Of a stretch of 64,000 nt of DNA, positions 26,701-38,196 are shown piece by piece. The position numbers and the translations under genes were made by a program. Position 1 is the stretch's first letter. Each line of letters opens with the position of its first letter. The stretch comes from Enoplolaimus lenunculus. Its lineage: Eukaryota. Where the stretch lies: NCBI GenBank assembly GCA_030248215.1, contig JASANG010004131.1, positions 62,001 to 126,000 of the forward strand, read 5' to 3'. The notes under the pieces are model-generated. The model made no database searches and was not told the origin of the DNA. It worked only from the letters and a program-made list of their open reading frames with translations.

Positions 26701-26869
26701 CTGAAACGTAGCCAAGGAGGGGCCGGGGGGGCTCAGCCCTCCTCTTGAAAATTTTTTGCCCCCCCCCAAAAAATTTTTTTTCAACCTTGCTTGTAAGTCA
26801 CTGAAAACCCTTAAACGCCCCTTTGAAAAGGGTTAACCCCCCTAGCAAGGTGAGCTGGCTACGAGCCTG
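26701..26869. mobile_element. hAT-type MITE in the intron after gene A coding exon 1
   Basis: CTGAAACGTAGCCA...TGGCTACGAGCCTG, TSD TGTCTCGG/TGTCTCGT. Confidence 0.85.
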
Positions 26870-29800
26870 TGTCTCGTTCAAAAAGTGAACCCTGAGACCG
26901 AGATTCAACTGCTGACACCGTGACCTCACATCCCCCTGCATGAGAGTTTACATGTGTAATTCAGTGCATTATGTCCATATTGCAGCAGTGTATACAACTG
27001 GGTACGTTCTGTCTACAAAAGAATGTATGCAACGCGTGTGGCGTTTTTGGCCAGCGCCCCCTTCTTCATATCTGACGGTCAAGGTTGCCTAATTGAAGAA
27101 AATCAGCTGTAAATCTGTGGTGGGGGGCACATGTAAATGTTCCACTTATATTCCTGATCAATTGATGCGTTTCTCGAAAAATGTATGTGTGACAATCTAC
27201 CCCCGCCCCCTTTCTCCCTCAAATCAAGGGCGTCTGGCCAAAACCAAACGTACGCTGATGGTACATTTTGTGCCATGTACTAGCGTATCAATTGCACACT
27301 CTTCTACAAGACAGACACCATCGAGTGTTGGTGGAACAAATATAAAATCAGTTATCACGGAATCAACCGTTTGTTGGAGTCAAACTGAAGGCTGTATAAT
27401 TTAAAATTATCCATTTTAAGGTGAAAGTTGCGTCTGCTGAAATGCGCCTGGTTATCACACGACCTATTAATATACCTACTGACGAATTTGTGTCAAAATT
27501 ATTTTTAAATTTATACTAAACAATAATTTCAGTTCGCTGAACGTTATGTTTTTGTAAACTTTTAGTTTCATTTTAAAATTTTCAATTCTGTCCCAGTCCA
27601 AGTTTGCAGTAATTTAATCATAATTTCGTTACTGTCTGCGCTTAAACTAATATTTAAATGTGGTATCGAAAGCGTTATCTCGAGACTGTTTTTAATTTTA
27701 TTATTATTATTATTATTATTATCATTGTTGTTATTATTATTATTATTGTAAGCGACTAAAGTTTATCACGCAATTCCCTTGAGCGACTACTGGCAAAAAT
27801 TTGTTGTTAGACTCGTGAGGGCCTGCCTCGGTGTAGAAGAGTGAGATGGACAGTTCGTATAGAAAATTTACTCAAGGTTATTGTGTTGAAATTATTGACA
27901 CAAATTGTGTAATAAGTCAAGATATATAAATATATATAATATATATAATATATATATACATATATATGTATGTTTATATACGAAATCGTACGTAGTAATA
28001 ATTTCATGATTGCATATGTACAGAAGTGGTTAAGATATTTTTGTAAATGCGAACGAAACATGTGGAAATTGCAAATTGCAGAAAACAATACGACACAACG
28101 AGTGTTAAGGTGGAAATTGAGAAATTGAAATGAAATTCTACATTAAGAACATTAAAAAATTTAGGTCTTTAATTTGATTCGATAATTTTTTGCTGGTATA
28201 GGCTGCAAAAACGACTTTTAGGGCGAAAACAACATAAGCTAGGGCGTGTTCAGCGTACCCTGACTTGCGGCTGGGACATTTCCCCACGTTCCTCTCAACA
28301 CCGACTGCTAATCATGCCCTCAAACCATAGTAATTACTTGTGGTGTTGACGGAAAATGATTCTAGTTGTGTCCAAAATCCTTTATGAGAATTGAATATAT
28401 TGGGGGGGTCATTGCGCTTTGACTGTTACAAAGTTGTACATAATTTTTATTGAAAATAACGAAAATTAACTAATAAGTTTTGCAGTCATCGGCGGATCCG
28501 GGAAATTTCTCACGGGGGGAAGCGAGCAATTTATTAATCTTTAAGAATCTTTCGATGGAATAAATAAATGCATTTTTAGTATTAAATGTTAATACAAAAT
28601 TTTGGTTTTGAATTTTTGACGCGTTGTTGGCTTGACACAGGCTTTCAGCCAGTGCTGTTTACACTATTATTAATAAAGTCGACAAAGTTGCAAAAGTAAA
28701 TTTGTAAAAAATATTAATTTTTTGATAACGTAGATTTGATTTGTATGCCATATTTGATCGATATTGGAAGATGCGACCCGCCCCATGTTCGTGTTGTCGT
28801 CGAATTTGAACGTTTTTGCGACGAAAGGAAGTTTTGAGAAACTAATTTGAAAATTTTGAAAAGCCCAGCTCGTTCGCGCGGATGGTAATGAGGTCATTGA
28901 ATTTGTGTTGCTTAGAGAATGATGACGGAAAAAAATCTCGACAGGAGGTCGAATGTTTACTATTGGGGAAATGAGTATTACACTAGTGATTGCGAGGGGG
29001 TTAATTTGTGTTTTGGAAAGTGGATGAGGGAAGAATAGAAAATAGGCAGTGAAATTGAAAATTAGATATACTTCATTTAGTACAGGGTGTTAAGGTAGAA
29101 TATGTATATATCATGGCCGTTGGAAAGGTTGGGCACGCTATGATCGTAGTCCGTATAATTTTGTGCAGATTTAGAACACTAGATATCATGATTTAATATA
29201 TCAGGGTTCCACCATAATTGCTGTTCCGGCCTGAACTTCTGCAGAAATTCAATTCCTGTTCGGTTCCTGCATTTAAAGATGCAGCAACGGGAATTTTTAC
29301 GGGTTTGTGTCAAATTGTCCATAGGAACCGAAATTTTTTACGGTTTTGTGTCAAATTATTTATAATCATTTAAATATTCAAAACTTTGTCGGTGAAAAAT
29401 TGTCGTTTCAAAACGAGTATTTTTGCAATTAGTTCAATCTTGTTTAATAAACTGTTTCTGATGTGTTTTCGCAAAACATGATTGTGAAACAGCTCAAATT
29501 TTGTTTAATCCATTTTGTGGCAAATTTTTCTCCAACAGTAATTTGGTGATGAAAATTGTTTCAAATTCCGGTTCCTGTTTAGGTTTCTGCATAGAAATTC
29601 AATTCCTGTTTCTGTTCCGGCAAAATTTAGTTCCAGTTGTACAATTTTTTTTGCTTGAATCACATTGCAGTCACCTAATCAAAGGATTTGAAAAATTTTG
29701 GGATCGATATTAGTTTTTTTGGATATCTAAGAGGGATCTAATCCAACTGAAAATTGTTTGGAAACCTTCGATACTGGGTGATGTGATTAAATGTGTTTCA

Positions 29801-29929
29801 GGCAAGAAAAATATACGAAGGACTTTTATTTGATCGTACAAGGCGGGGAGATTCTATAAATCGCGGAGACCTTTTTAATTGTTTTTCTTACGCTGCAAGA
29901 ATATTCGACTGTTGTCAATTTTATTTTAG

Positions 29930-30342
29930 GAATCACTCGACATTATGATACCGGCTCGCAAACGGAAGACTCGTCAGAAGATGATGCTATGGTTATGCAA
30001 TCGTGTGCCAAATATTTAAATGATGATGATGCGAAAAGAACCAGCCAACCAAATACGGATGACGTCAGCATTGACCAATTAGATTCCGTTCCGACGCAGT
30101 CGTCAGCAGCCAATAGAAATGCGCGATTTGTGGTGTCTTCCAACGATGCAAATTACAGTCATCAACAGTATCAACCAACTCATGAAGAACATCAAACATA
30201 TTTAAGAGTCGGGCGTCAACTTGCGGCAATTGGTGATGAGATTGATCGACGCATGGGTGGTGCTACTCACTACGACGGTCGAACGCCTGGATTTCAAGAT
30301 GCGGTGTTGTTCTGGGAAGCACTGGATCGGGTGTTGTTGAGG
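29930..30342 (+). CDS. Gene A coding exon 2: LC8-type motif plus BH3 domain
   Basis: Acceptor TTTTATTTTAG|GA at 29929/29930 completes the phase-1 codon (G+GA=Gly). Reads GITRHYDTGSQTEDSSEDDAMVMQ...LRVGRQLAAIGDEIDRRMG...FWEALDRVLLR. Perfect donor AGG|GTAAGT after 30342 (phase 0). Confidence 0.88.
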
Positions 30343-30522
30343 GTAAGTGAGCATAAGATTTCAGGGTTTTATGTATCGGGACTGTGCTTGGAACCGAGCC
30401 AGCGTTGGCGGGCCTAGGTTAAGCATCCAAAGAATTTTTTTGGGGGATAGTCGTAGATTTTGGATTTCTTAGAGGTTGAAAGTTTTACACGAAATGAACT
30501 CTGTGTCATCTTTGGCTACAGG

Positions 30523-30882
30523 CAGGGTGCAAATGGAATTACAATTTACCGGAACCGGAAGCGGAATTTGAAAATTTTACCAGAACCGGAACCGGAAAGT
30601 GACAAATGCATTTCACCAAAAATTTTATAATCTTATTTTTTGCTCTATTATTTGTGAAATAACCTTAGTCGAACATAGGTATTTATTTTATTTGTTGTAT
30701 TTTAGATTTTCATCATCGACTCTGAAGTGAAATCCACCATCAATGGCTTATATTCGGAGTACAGGTGGCTTTCAAAAGAGATTCTTAAAAATTAGCAAAG
30801 TTAAGAAAACGGCCAAATTATAACAATGGAATTTTTAAATCCGGTAAAAATTTACCGGCACCGGAATTCCGGTTGCACCCTG
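30523..30882. mobile_element. hAT-type MITE (CAGGGTGCAACCGGA family, ACCGGA subterminal repeats)
   Basis: CAGGGTGCAA...GGTTGCACCCTG, perfect TSD GCTACAGG. Confidence 0.85.
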
Positions 30883-32834
30883 GCTACAGGCATGGATATG
30901 TATGTTGTAACATGATGTAATTTGATTGTTATAAGAATTGCTAACTTGTGGTGAAACCCGCTAAAGGTTGCAGTGTCCTATGCGGCTTTGCAAGAGGGAA
31001 AGTCGCTTTAATCTAACAGGCAACAATTGCTTATTCGATCTTGCTTTCATCTGTACTTTGTATTACTTTCATTTTTACAACCACATTCATATATTATACA
31101 CTAGAGAGCTGGAATTTAATTAAACGCTTTGCATAGAATTAATATCAAGAAGTCTACACGCTGACTGAATTACCTGTTACTATGCCGGCGGGCCAGGTGG
31201 AATTTGTGGGCCAATCAGCGAAGTGAAAAAGAAAACCTTGGTTATGTAATTCTATTTCGAAATAGCCAGTGATTGGCTGGTTCATATCAAAATATCACGG
31301 CCAAGTGTTCGTGACAGTTTTGGCCTTTTTAATATCGGTCCTATTTACTGATTTGATTGGACCACCCGTAGAAAGCGCACACCTGTCCCGGTAGCCGGCT
31401 CAACCTGCTAAATGGAAAGCCAAATCAACTCTACGAATGGCATGCGGTTGAAACAACAAGCTTACACGGGTTGAACTTTTCTAGGCGGGCGGGATAGACC
31501 TTGTCCAGCGGCTTTCAGCTTCGCCCCTAGCTCGTCCTCCAGTTACAGGGTCAGATTAAGCCGTTTAGTGCAAGCATAGCAAGTACTATCAGTAGCAGTA
31601 TTTTGATTCAAAGCTTCGCTCAAATCAATTTGAGCATCTGATTAGATATTCGCTCAGTTCAATAGAATTCGACACATAATCTAAATGATATTCACACCAT
31701 GATAACTGCGACGACAATATCCAGCCACGCCTTTATGGCCGTGAGCGTTTAGTAAACACGTGAATGAGTGTAGATAAGCGAAGCGAGATGCCTAGTATTC
31801 AATATTTAATTAGGTTTTAATAAAGCAACTATGGGCATTTGGCGGTTGATCGTTGGCCAGAATTACAGAGAACAAGCTTACTTTAAGCCACCATTGCGTA
31901 AGCTTATCTAAAGGTGCTTGTATATTACTATTTACATCAAATACTAGCACGATCCATATAGGATTTATATTGCGGTTGAAGTTGGGATAAATTAAAAGTT
32001 TTCAAATTGTATATAATACACATGAGGGTGCAACCGGAGGTGAACAATGCCGGAGCCGGAGGTCAACGAAAGTTGCCGGAGCCGGAGGTGAGGCGAAATT
32101 AGGTAGTAACGATGACGGTTAGCTGCTAGGCAATTTTAGCCAATATCTGCCATATGTTGTTAATTTGTTTTGATTTTACGCTAATTTTCTGCGAAATTTT
32201 TGAAATTCTTTCCTGAAAATTATCACAACAGTAAAACGAAACGCGATTGAATTTTTGCAAGAATTCCAGCAGGAACACGAATTCCGGCTGAACCCTGGTA
32301 TATATTCATATAGTTATTGATATATTAGAACTGTCCCGGGGCTGGTGTATTATTGATCAGCTCAAACTCAAAAATACCACTTTCGATGCGTCTGCAGAGT
32401 TGAGTTGAATAGGTTATGTCGTTTCTCAGTACCCCGATGAACCGATGGTAAATTTTGTTTCGTATTTGTTGTTTAACTATGAGATTCTAAGTGCTACTAG
32501 CAAACGAGATTGAGCTGCAATGCGCCGCCAAGCCGTGACATGGCACAAAATAGAAAGATTACTCAGTTTAGAGTGAATCTCGACAACAGCTTGTTGCAAC
32601 TACGTAGGATTATCGTTTTGATTGCTAAATTTTAAGGCGGGTGGTAGAAAGTTTTAACAATAGAGAGACAGAGAGACTGGTAAATTATTAATTAAACAAA
32701 GCTGCTTAGCTGCGCCAAACTATTGTGTTTGGCAACATTTTGCTAACTATTAAATTTAAGGTTTCAGTCAGTAGGCTTGTGGTTGTGTTTGAGATGCTTC
32801 GATCTTGGACTGTTGGACGTTGCTTGTATTGTTG

Positions 32835-33005
32835 CAGACACGTAGCCAGCTTAGATTGCTAAGAGGGGTAAAAAAATTTTCAGGGGGGCATACAAAAGTT
32901 TTCAATGACATACAACAAGCAAGGGTGAAAGTTTTCTAGGGTGGAATAAGTGTTTTGCGGGGGGGACTCAGCCATCCTTCCTGCGCCCCCTTTGCTACGG
33001 GCCGG
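32835..33005. mobile_element. hAT-type MITE (CAGGCCCGTAGCCA family)
   Basis: TIRs, TSD TATTGTTG/CATTGTTG. Confidence 0.8.
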
Positions 33006-33598
33006 CATTGTTGCTTAGTCAACAGATTAATTAATTTAGTTAATTTAATTCTGCGTGATTGAAATTTAAAATGTAACTAAGTGTTTTATGATCAAGAATA
33101 GATTGAGTGCCAACACGGAGTTGTAACGCAGTTGGTGTAGAGTTGGAGTTTAATAATTATTTCACTTTTATAATTCCAAACAACTCGACTTACGATAGTT
33201 TGTCACAAGTGTAGCTGTGGACGGCTTAGCTTAATCCCAAACGTTGCGTGCGTGACAAACAGACCCGTAGCCAGCTCGCCTGGCTCGGGGCGCGAAAATT
33301 ATTTCAAGAGACGCATTCAAGGGTTTTCGATGAGTTACAAGCAAGGTTGAAAACTTTCTAGTCGAAGCCAAGTGGACGCGTTGTTCGGGCGAAGAAATGA
33401 CGTGATACCGTTTCTTATTTTTGTTCACTCTGTAATGTCTGATAATATGTCGAACTAAAATCACATACCAAGTGTTTTGCGCATCAAACAATACCTTTGA
33501 TTCAACGTGGAACTAAGGTCGATACAAGATAATATTGTTCGGTATTGAATACTGCATTTTGAATGCAGTGCAATTATATATTAATGTTTTTGTTCCAG

Positions 33599-33637
33599 GT
33601 TATATACGAATTTGGCAATTGGTTGATTCAATTTTGA
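33599..33637 (+). CDS. Gene A probable terminal coding exon (VIYEFGNWLIQF*), completing a hydrophobic/amphipathic C-terminal tail
   Basis: Acceptor TTTTTGTTCCAG|GTT at 33598/33599. Phase-0 reading gives 12 codons then TGA (33635-33637), mirroring the last exon of gene B. AATAAA at 34837 downstream. Short exon, so less certain. Confidence 0.6.
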   Translation, partial: VIYEFGNWLIQF

Positions 33638-36453
33638 CGCTCAAAATGATCGTAAAATACGTTTTCAAACGAAAAATGCTACAAACCAGTAACCAAGTCG
33701 CCGCCGTGGGCTCCGTTTGCCAGTTTTGGACTTTTACACGATTTTCAATAGCGAATGTTCAATTTAAACGGCTGAATTGTTAGTTTACTGCAACGTAACT
33801 TGAATTCATGAGTTAAAGGTTATGGAGGTAGTGGTATAGTGGTGTTAGTTGGTATTTTTTTTTCGGAAACGAATCGTAACCAATTTGGCCTTGATGTCAA
33901 GTCAGGCCCGTTGCCAGCTCACCTTGCTATGGGGGAGCTAAAAAATTTTCAGGAGGGGCATTCAAGGGTTTTTAATGACTTGCAAGTAAGGTTGGAAATT
34001 TTCTAGCGGTAAGGGGGGCAAAATTATTCCAGGGGGGTTGAGCATCTCTAGCCCCTTCCCTTGGCTACGGGCCGGGATCAAATTTGTAGGTGGTGGATCG
34101 TAAATTTATGTTGCCCGCAGTTGAAAATTAGTAGTCATGTTAACTTCGAGTTTAGCTGGTAGGTGCAAGTTGCGTTACAGCAATGTGTAACAAAGTATGC
34201 TGTTGTACACATTTCTCACAGTTTTCGTAATTTGCAGATTTTGGCATTGATTAGGCTTAGGATTCGGCTTCAGCTTAAGTTTGCGACGAAACGTGTGCAA
34301 ATGTCGCAAAGCGATATCTTTATTCTGACGTTTTGTTATGTGGCAAGTATGTTTGGGGCTTTAACGTAAAATATCCATGTATATCATCTGGTGGTAAACT
34401 CAGTTAACAATATTGTGGTAATTTATATGTAAGCTTATACGGTTTGTGTGGGCGATTTTTTACCACAAATTTAAAAAGTTAGCTTAACACGTGCTATAGG
34501 TTTAGGAATGTGCTCACAGAACTATCTGTGTAAAGATGCGACAAGCTTGAATTTTGATTGATGTAATATTTAATTTTGAGTCACAAGTTACAAGCCAGGG
34601 ACCCCCCGTCCGTTATAGAAAGATCTTCGCGTGCCTCTGCTAAAAATTTGGTCATTTGCATTAAAAGAATTCTATGTTTGAAAATTGTTTTTTTCGTTGC
34701 CATTTCTAGATATCTTGTCGCACCGTATACTAACAGCTTTCAGGTGTGGGCTTACCTAAGCATGTGTCGGTTAGTCTTGAAATTTATGATATCTGTAATT
34801 AGCATTAGCACGGCTAGTTAGATTTTTTAATTCTGCAATAAATAACGAGAATAGCAGTTTTAGTTTTCGTTTACCTATTATTACTAATATGGATATTTTG
34901 CGAAGATTGAATTTGATATTTTGTAATCGTATATATATATATGCTTAACAATTGTAAATCGTGAATTTTAGTTTGACCAGAAACACGTCATAGACGAAGC
35001 TAGTATTCAATTTCGGTAGTTCATGGCCTTGCTTAAGTTTGTTTCGAAAGTAGCGGGCGAAATTTTATTTACAACTTTAGCATCAAATAGGTTATGTTAA
35101 AAAGTGTTCCTGTTTTCGTTTGGTCAAAAAATTTTCTGACAGAGACGACATGTACCACCAAGTATACGCCATTAAGCCCAAGTTACTTTAAGGGGCGTCC
35201 AGGTTTCTGGTAGGTCTATAAAAGAGTAGGTTTATAGTCTGAATTACATTTTTTGTTTAGGTTTAGGCTTAAGCTTAGGCTTAGGAATACGCTTATACGC
35301 CTCTTAAAATAACATTGGCCTGAAACATATGACTTTGAAGAATGTGTTATAATGTGGTGGTGGCGGAATGATAAGGATACTGTCACTTGCTGGATTTACG
35401 TTAAATATTTTCAGTCGTTATAGTTTTCAGTGTCTTTTTTACCTATGCTGAATTTGATTAATATAATACACGTTGGCTTGCCAGCGCCCAGCAAACAAGC
35501 AATTTTAGCATTTTTGACAATTAAAAAGTGAACGTTATAAAATTTTTGTGTCATTTTTTAACTTTTTCCGTCACTCGAAAAAATTATTACGTCACTTTAG
35601 AACTTTTCCAATTAATTAAACATTTATTTAGCGAAATTGACCGGAAACTTAAATGAGTGGCATTGTGAGTAACGCTGATTGGCAGACAGGTATCGGTCTG
35701 GTTTCAAAAAATATAATTATATATAAACTAGCTGGCAATTTGTGTATGGAGACTAAAATTGTGCTAAAATGTTTGCTTACGGCAGTAAAGGTACTTTCAA
35801 AACGGCGTATGCTTACACTAAACATATACTGCATAAAAAAGTTGTTCGTACGATCGTTTGTGATTTTTGTCGAAATATTTTTGGCCATTCTTTAATTGGT
35901 AACACTAGAATTTTCCGTCGAAATTTGTACATAACATATGGATGTGCCGAATAATCGGCATCGGCATCGGTTCGGCATCGACAAAACTTCAAAATAAGAA
36001 TACGCATCGGCATCGGCAAAAATTTTGGTATCAGCACATCCCTAATATAAAGCGTAACACAATTTCATACTTTGTTTACTCCGTGTAAATCTGAGAATGA
36101 TATATTCCGTCAATAGCTTAGTTTATTGTTACTAGTTGTGGTTATTAGTTGCTTATCAGTTGCATTTGCCAGAAAAATTGTCGCTATCGCTCAGTAAATA
36201 ATGGTACGTAGGTTAGCTCAAATTTGGGTTTGGTTTAGTCATAATAAGCCTTATTTCATTAATATTATTAGTAATTAGAAAATATAATGAAATTTCCATA
36301 GTAACACATACTAACGTTTTTATTATTATGTTTTTGTATTAATGCATTCCATTTGCATTTTCCATGTCTTTTGTTGTTATATTTACGTAGTTTAGATTTT
36401 CTGTAATATTGGTTTCAAATAGCGTTAAATTTTGTTTGGTTATAGACGTTTTA

Positions 36454-36595
36454 GGGTGGCACTATACTCGACGTCCGGCGCCGTCCGTCACCGTTCGTGC
36501 CATACGTTATGGCGCCGTGCGGTGACGGATGGCACCGCACGGTTGATGCACGGTGACGGACAGCGCCGGACGTCAACAAAAGTATAGCGTAGCCC
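36454..36595. mobile_element. GC-rich palindromic Harbinger-like MITE
   Basis: TTA|GGGTGGCACTATAC...GACGTCCGGCGCCGTCCGTCACC...GTATAGCGTAGCCC|TAA. Confidence 0.75.
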
Positions 36596-37220
36596 TAATT
36601 GGTCCCTGGGTTTTTTTGGAATAAATATTCCGTACAACTAAAGCGATCCTGTGTAAAGTTATATATTCGGACCTGCCCATTAAGATTTAGGTTACCAATA
36701 TACCTTTTAGACTTTGACACTGGAAAGCGTAGCCTATAGCATTACGTTTAGGCTTACATTTCGGTTTACGCTTAGACTTAGGTTCAGACGTAGGCTCAGT
36801 GGGCAGGAACTTGTTATCATGGATCGCAAACGCAGACTTCCAAGTAAGTAAACCATTTCTTATAAGACTTGCACTATTTTTTCCAGTTCGCTTTTACAGT
36901 TGTATGATAATTTTTCAATTAGATGTATAATCAAATTATTGAATTTCAAGGTTAATTTCAGTTGGTTCCACATTGACCCTACCGGTCTTCAATATTTTAC
37001 CGGATCTTGTACACGACCCGTTACGTTTAATGTTAAGGTTTAGGCTTAGGTAATCGTTTTAGTAAACCTAATCGTGGGCCTAAACCTGTAGGGGAAGTGT
37101 ACAAAAGCGTTTTGCATTGCATAAATCGTTTTGTTTGTACTAAGAACGTTTTCTATCTTTTAATGCGTTAAACTGACGCTTACCATTTGCATATTATTGT
37201 TATAGTTCAATGCGTATTTC

Positions 37221-37371
37221 GGCCAATGTAAAGAACAGGGGCGGAACAGTAGTATAAGCATTTTCTTAAGGTTAAGTCTCCGTCTAAGCCATGCAAAAAT
37301 AGTCAAGAGCTTAAGCTTACTCTATTCCAGTGCCACAGAAAAACGTTCCGCTCCTGATCGTTACATTAGCC
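37221..37371. mobile_element. TTAGGC-family MITE
   Basis: GGCCAATGTAAAG...TTACATTAGCC, TSD CGTATTTC/CATATTTC. Confidence 0.8.
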
Positions 37372-37989
37372 CATATTTCCAAATTCAGAGTTATATTATC
37401 TCTCATTTCCTGGCATTTATTACATGGAAAATTGTATATCTGTATAATAGAATATAGAAGGTAAATGTTATCATGAGGGCATTCGGAGCATTTTTTTGGT
37501 GAAATTTTTATTTTTTATGTAATTTAGGTTCAAAATATTGCTTAATATTATGATTTTGAGACTTAAAAATGTTGGCGAGCAGGGTCGTAGCTAGGAATTT
37601 AGTTACGGAAGACATACGGTCCTGCAAAAAAATTTGACCTCTAAAGATCCACAAGATTATTCTTATATCTTTTGGAGATGCTTTTATGTTGTAAATTTTA
37701 GTGGGATATTTATCCAGTCTTTTCCTTTCCCTCGCCTGTTCTCTTATTGTGGTGAAAATGTCAAGTCTAAGCCTAATCCTAGGATACCTATAGTTTAAAT
37801 GATGTACGAAATTGTGCGCCCCTTATCGTAACATGTGCCCTCAGTTGTGTACATATATGTATTTTTTCTTTTTTGGATTCACAAATAATTCTTTCTATTA
37901 TTAAACGGTTGTTAACTCAAAGTTTTAGCTGAATTTGGGCTTTTAAGCTGATTTTAGCAGTTTTTATATGTCAGGTTGGAGATATACTG

Positions 37990-38196
37990 CACTGCAAAAA
38001 ATGGTGAGTGAAATTGACTCTCCGAAGCAGGCTTTTCCTGACTACACAAACTGAGTCAAAATTGGACTCCGGCAGAGTTGAAATTGATTCACTGAATCGT
38101 TCAGTGAGTCGAAGGCGGAGTCGAATTTGACTCAGTATGTGTAGTCAGGAAAAGCCTATTTCAGAGGGCCAATTTCACTCACCATTTTTTGCAGTG
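37990..38196. mobile_element. Palindromic CACTG-ended MITE
   Basis: Same family as 4417, flanked by TG/TG. Confidence 0.85.

Noticed and set aside
26090..26704. Single-exon 204-aa gene as given by the ORF track (likewise 29989-30417, 47897-48304, 48747-49394)
   Set aside because: Each ORF overruns a splice site, and frame-compatible junctions join them into two spliced genes.
29989..30417. Call as BAK or another multidomain Bcl-2 protein
   Set aside because: Only BH3 is present. I found no BH1 (NWGR) or BH2 exon, and the N-terminus is low-complexity and disordered.
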